A DNA stretch of 64,000 nt from a virus: the IMG/VR virus record IMGVR_UViG_3300045988_074874; one strand, 5' to 3'. Below the pieces are notes generated by a model. It saw only the letters and a program-made list of their open reading frames with translations. It was not told where the DNA came from and made no database searches. Made by a program: the position numbers and the translations under genes. Positions 63,612 through 64,000 of this stretch are shown here, one piece after another (the first letter of the stretch is position 1; every line of letters begins with the position of its first letter).

Positions 63612-64000
63612 ATGAGAAAGAATAATTATACTTCATTTTTTAAAATCAAGCCAAAGAAAGTGGAAAAATATATTCGTTGTAAAAAATGCGGCGGGAATAT
63701 GGAATGGGTTGAATACTATCCACCACAAATCAAATGTCCGAAGTGCGGATATACGGTATATCCAAAACCTTATGAGCCAGATTGTATCAAACTACCAGAA
63801 ACATGGGAAAAATATTCTGAATTATACGAGAAAGCGAGAATGAAAATGAGCTTTATGTCGGAAGTAATATGGGAAGGATACGCAAATACATCATCTTCAG
63901 AAGCATTGAAAGAACAGTTCAATAAATTTTGTAATTGGTGTTGGGGGCATAGCTATGGAAACTGTGATATTTGTAGAAGAGAATACCATAAATTGTACAT
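63612..64000 (+). CDS. Zn-ribbon protein, 3'-partial (runs off window end)
   Basis: RBS GGGGAAAGTGAGGATGAG; CKKCGG...CPKCG...CNWCWGHSYGNCDIC; no stop before 64000. Confidence 0.4.
   Translation, partial: MRKNNYTSFFKIKPKKVEKYIRCKKCGGNMEWVEYYPPQIKCPKCGYTVYPKPYEPDCIKLPETWEKYSELYEKARMKMSFMSEVIWEGYANTSSSEALKEQFNKFCNWCWGHSYGNCDICRREYHKLY

Overview
This window reads as a nearly complete temperate siphovirus-like phage or prophage from a low-GC Firmicute: about 37% GC, AGGAGG-type ribosome-binding sites, almost all genes on the + strand. The order of modules is:

- terS-like gene (246-839)
- about 8.5 kb of cargo: RHH protein, a tRNA cluster, small Cys-rich proteins, a ligase-like nucleotidyltransferase, an SPFH protein
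- terL (9396-11132), a sigma/ArpU-like regulator, portal, scaffold, decoration protein, major capsid, connector
- about 4 kb of moron-like genes, each with its own terminator: XhlA-like, Gln-rich, Gly/Cys-rich membrane, Thr/Cys-rich and RMGY-repeat proteins
- HExxH peptidase, XkdV/W/X-like fibre proteins, adaptors, holin, major tail protein, chaperones
- a tape-measure gene interrupted by a GIY-YIG homing-endonuclease insertion, probably a group I intron
- HNH endonuclease, lipoprotein, Tal-like tail fibre with a C-terminal S74 chaperone domain, CHAP/SH3b endolysin
- a minus-strand moron island: LytTR response regulator, Zn-ribbon, lipoprotein
- an XRE/Cro lysogeny switch with face-to-face consensus promoters, then an antirepressor
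- a protein with 15 perfect tandem 27-bp repeats, two SSBs, an SbcC-like ATPase, a RecT-like protein
- a diversity-generating-retroelement (DGR)-type reverse transcriptase with two paralogous C-type-lectin-like targets
- an MBL hydrolase, a second GIY-YIG nuclease, N6/N4 and C5 DNA methyltransferases

I found no CRISPR array and no integrase inside the window. The most unusual items are:

- tRNA-like elements that lack an anticodon arm, sitting inside the tRNA cluster
- the DGR with two targets and a template repeat that does not obey the adenine rule
- the cargo island between terS and terL
- a 23-25 bp motif present three times in front of late operons
- purine-rich repeat regions without ORFs flanking one gene of the recombination module

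All functional calls come from motif and architecture recognition by eye. No database search or structure-prediction tool was run.
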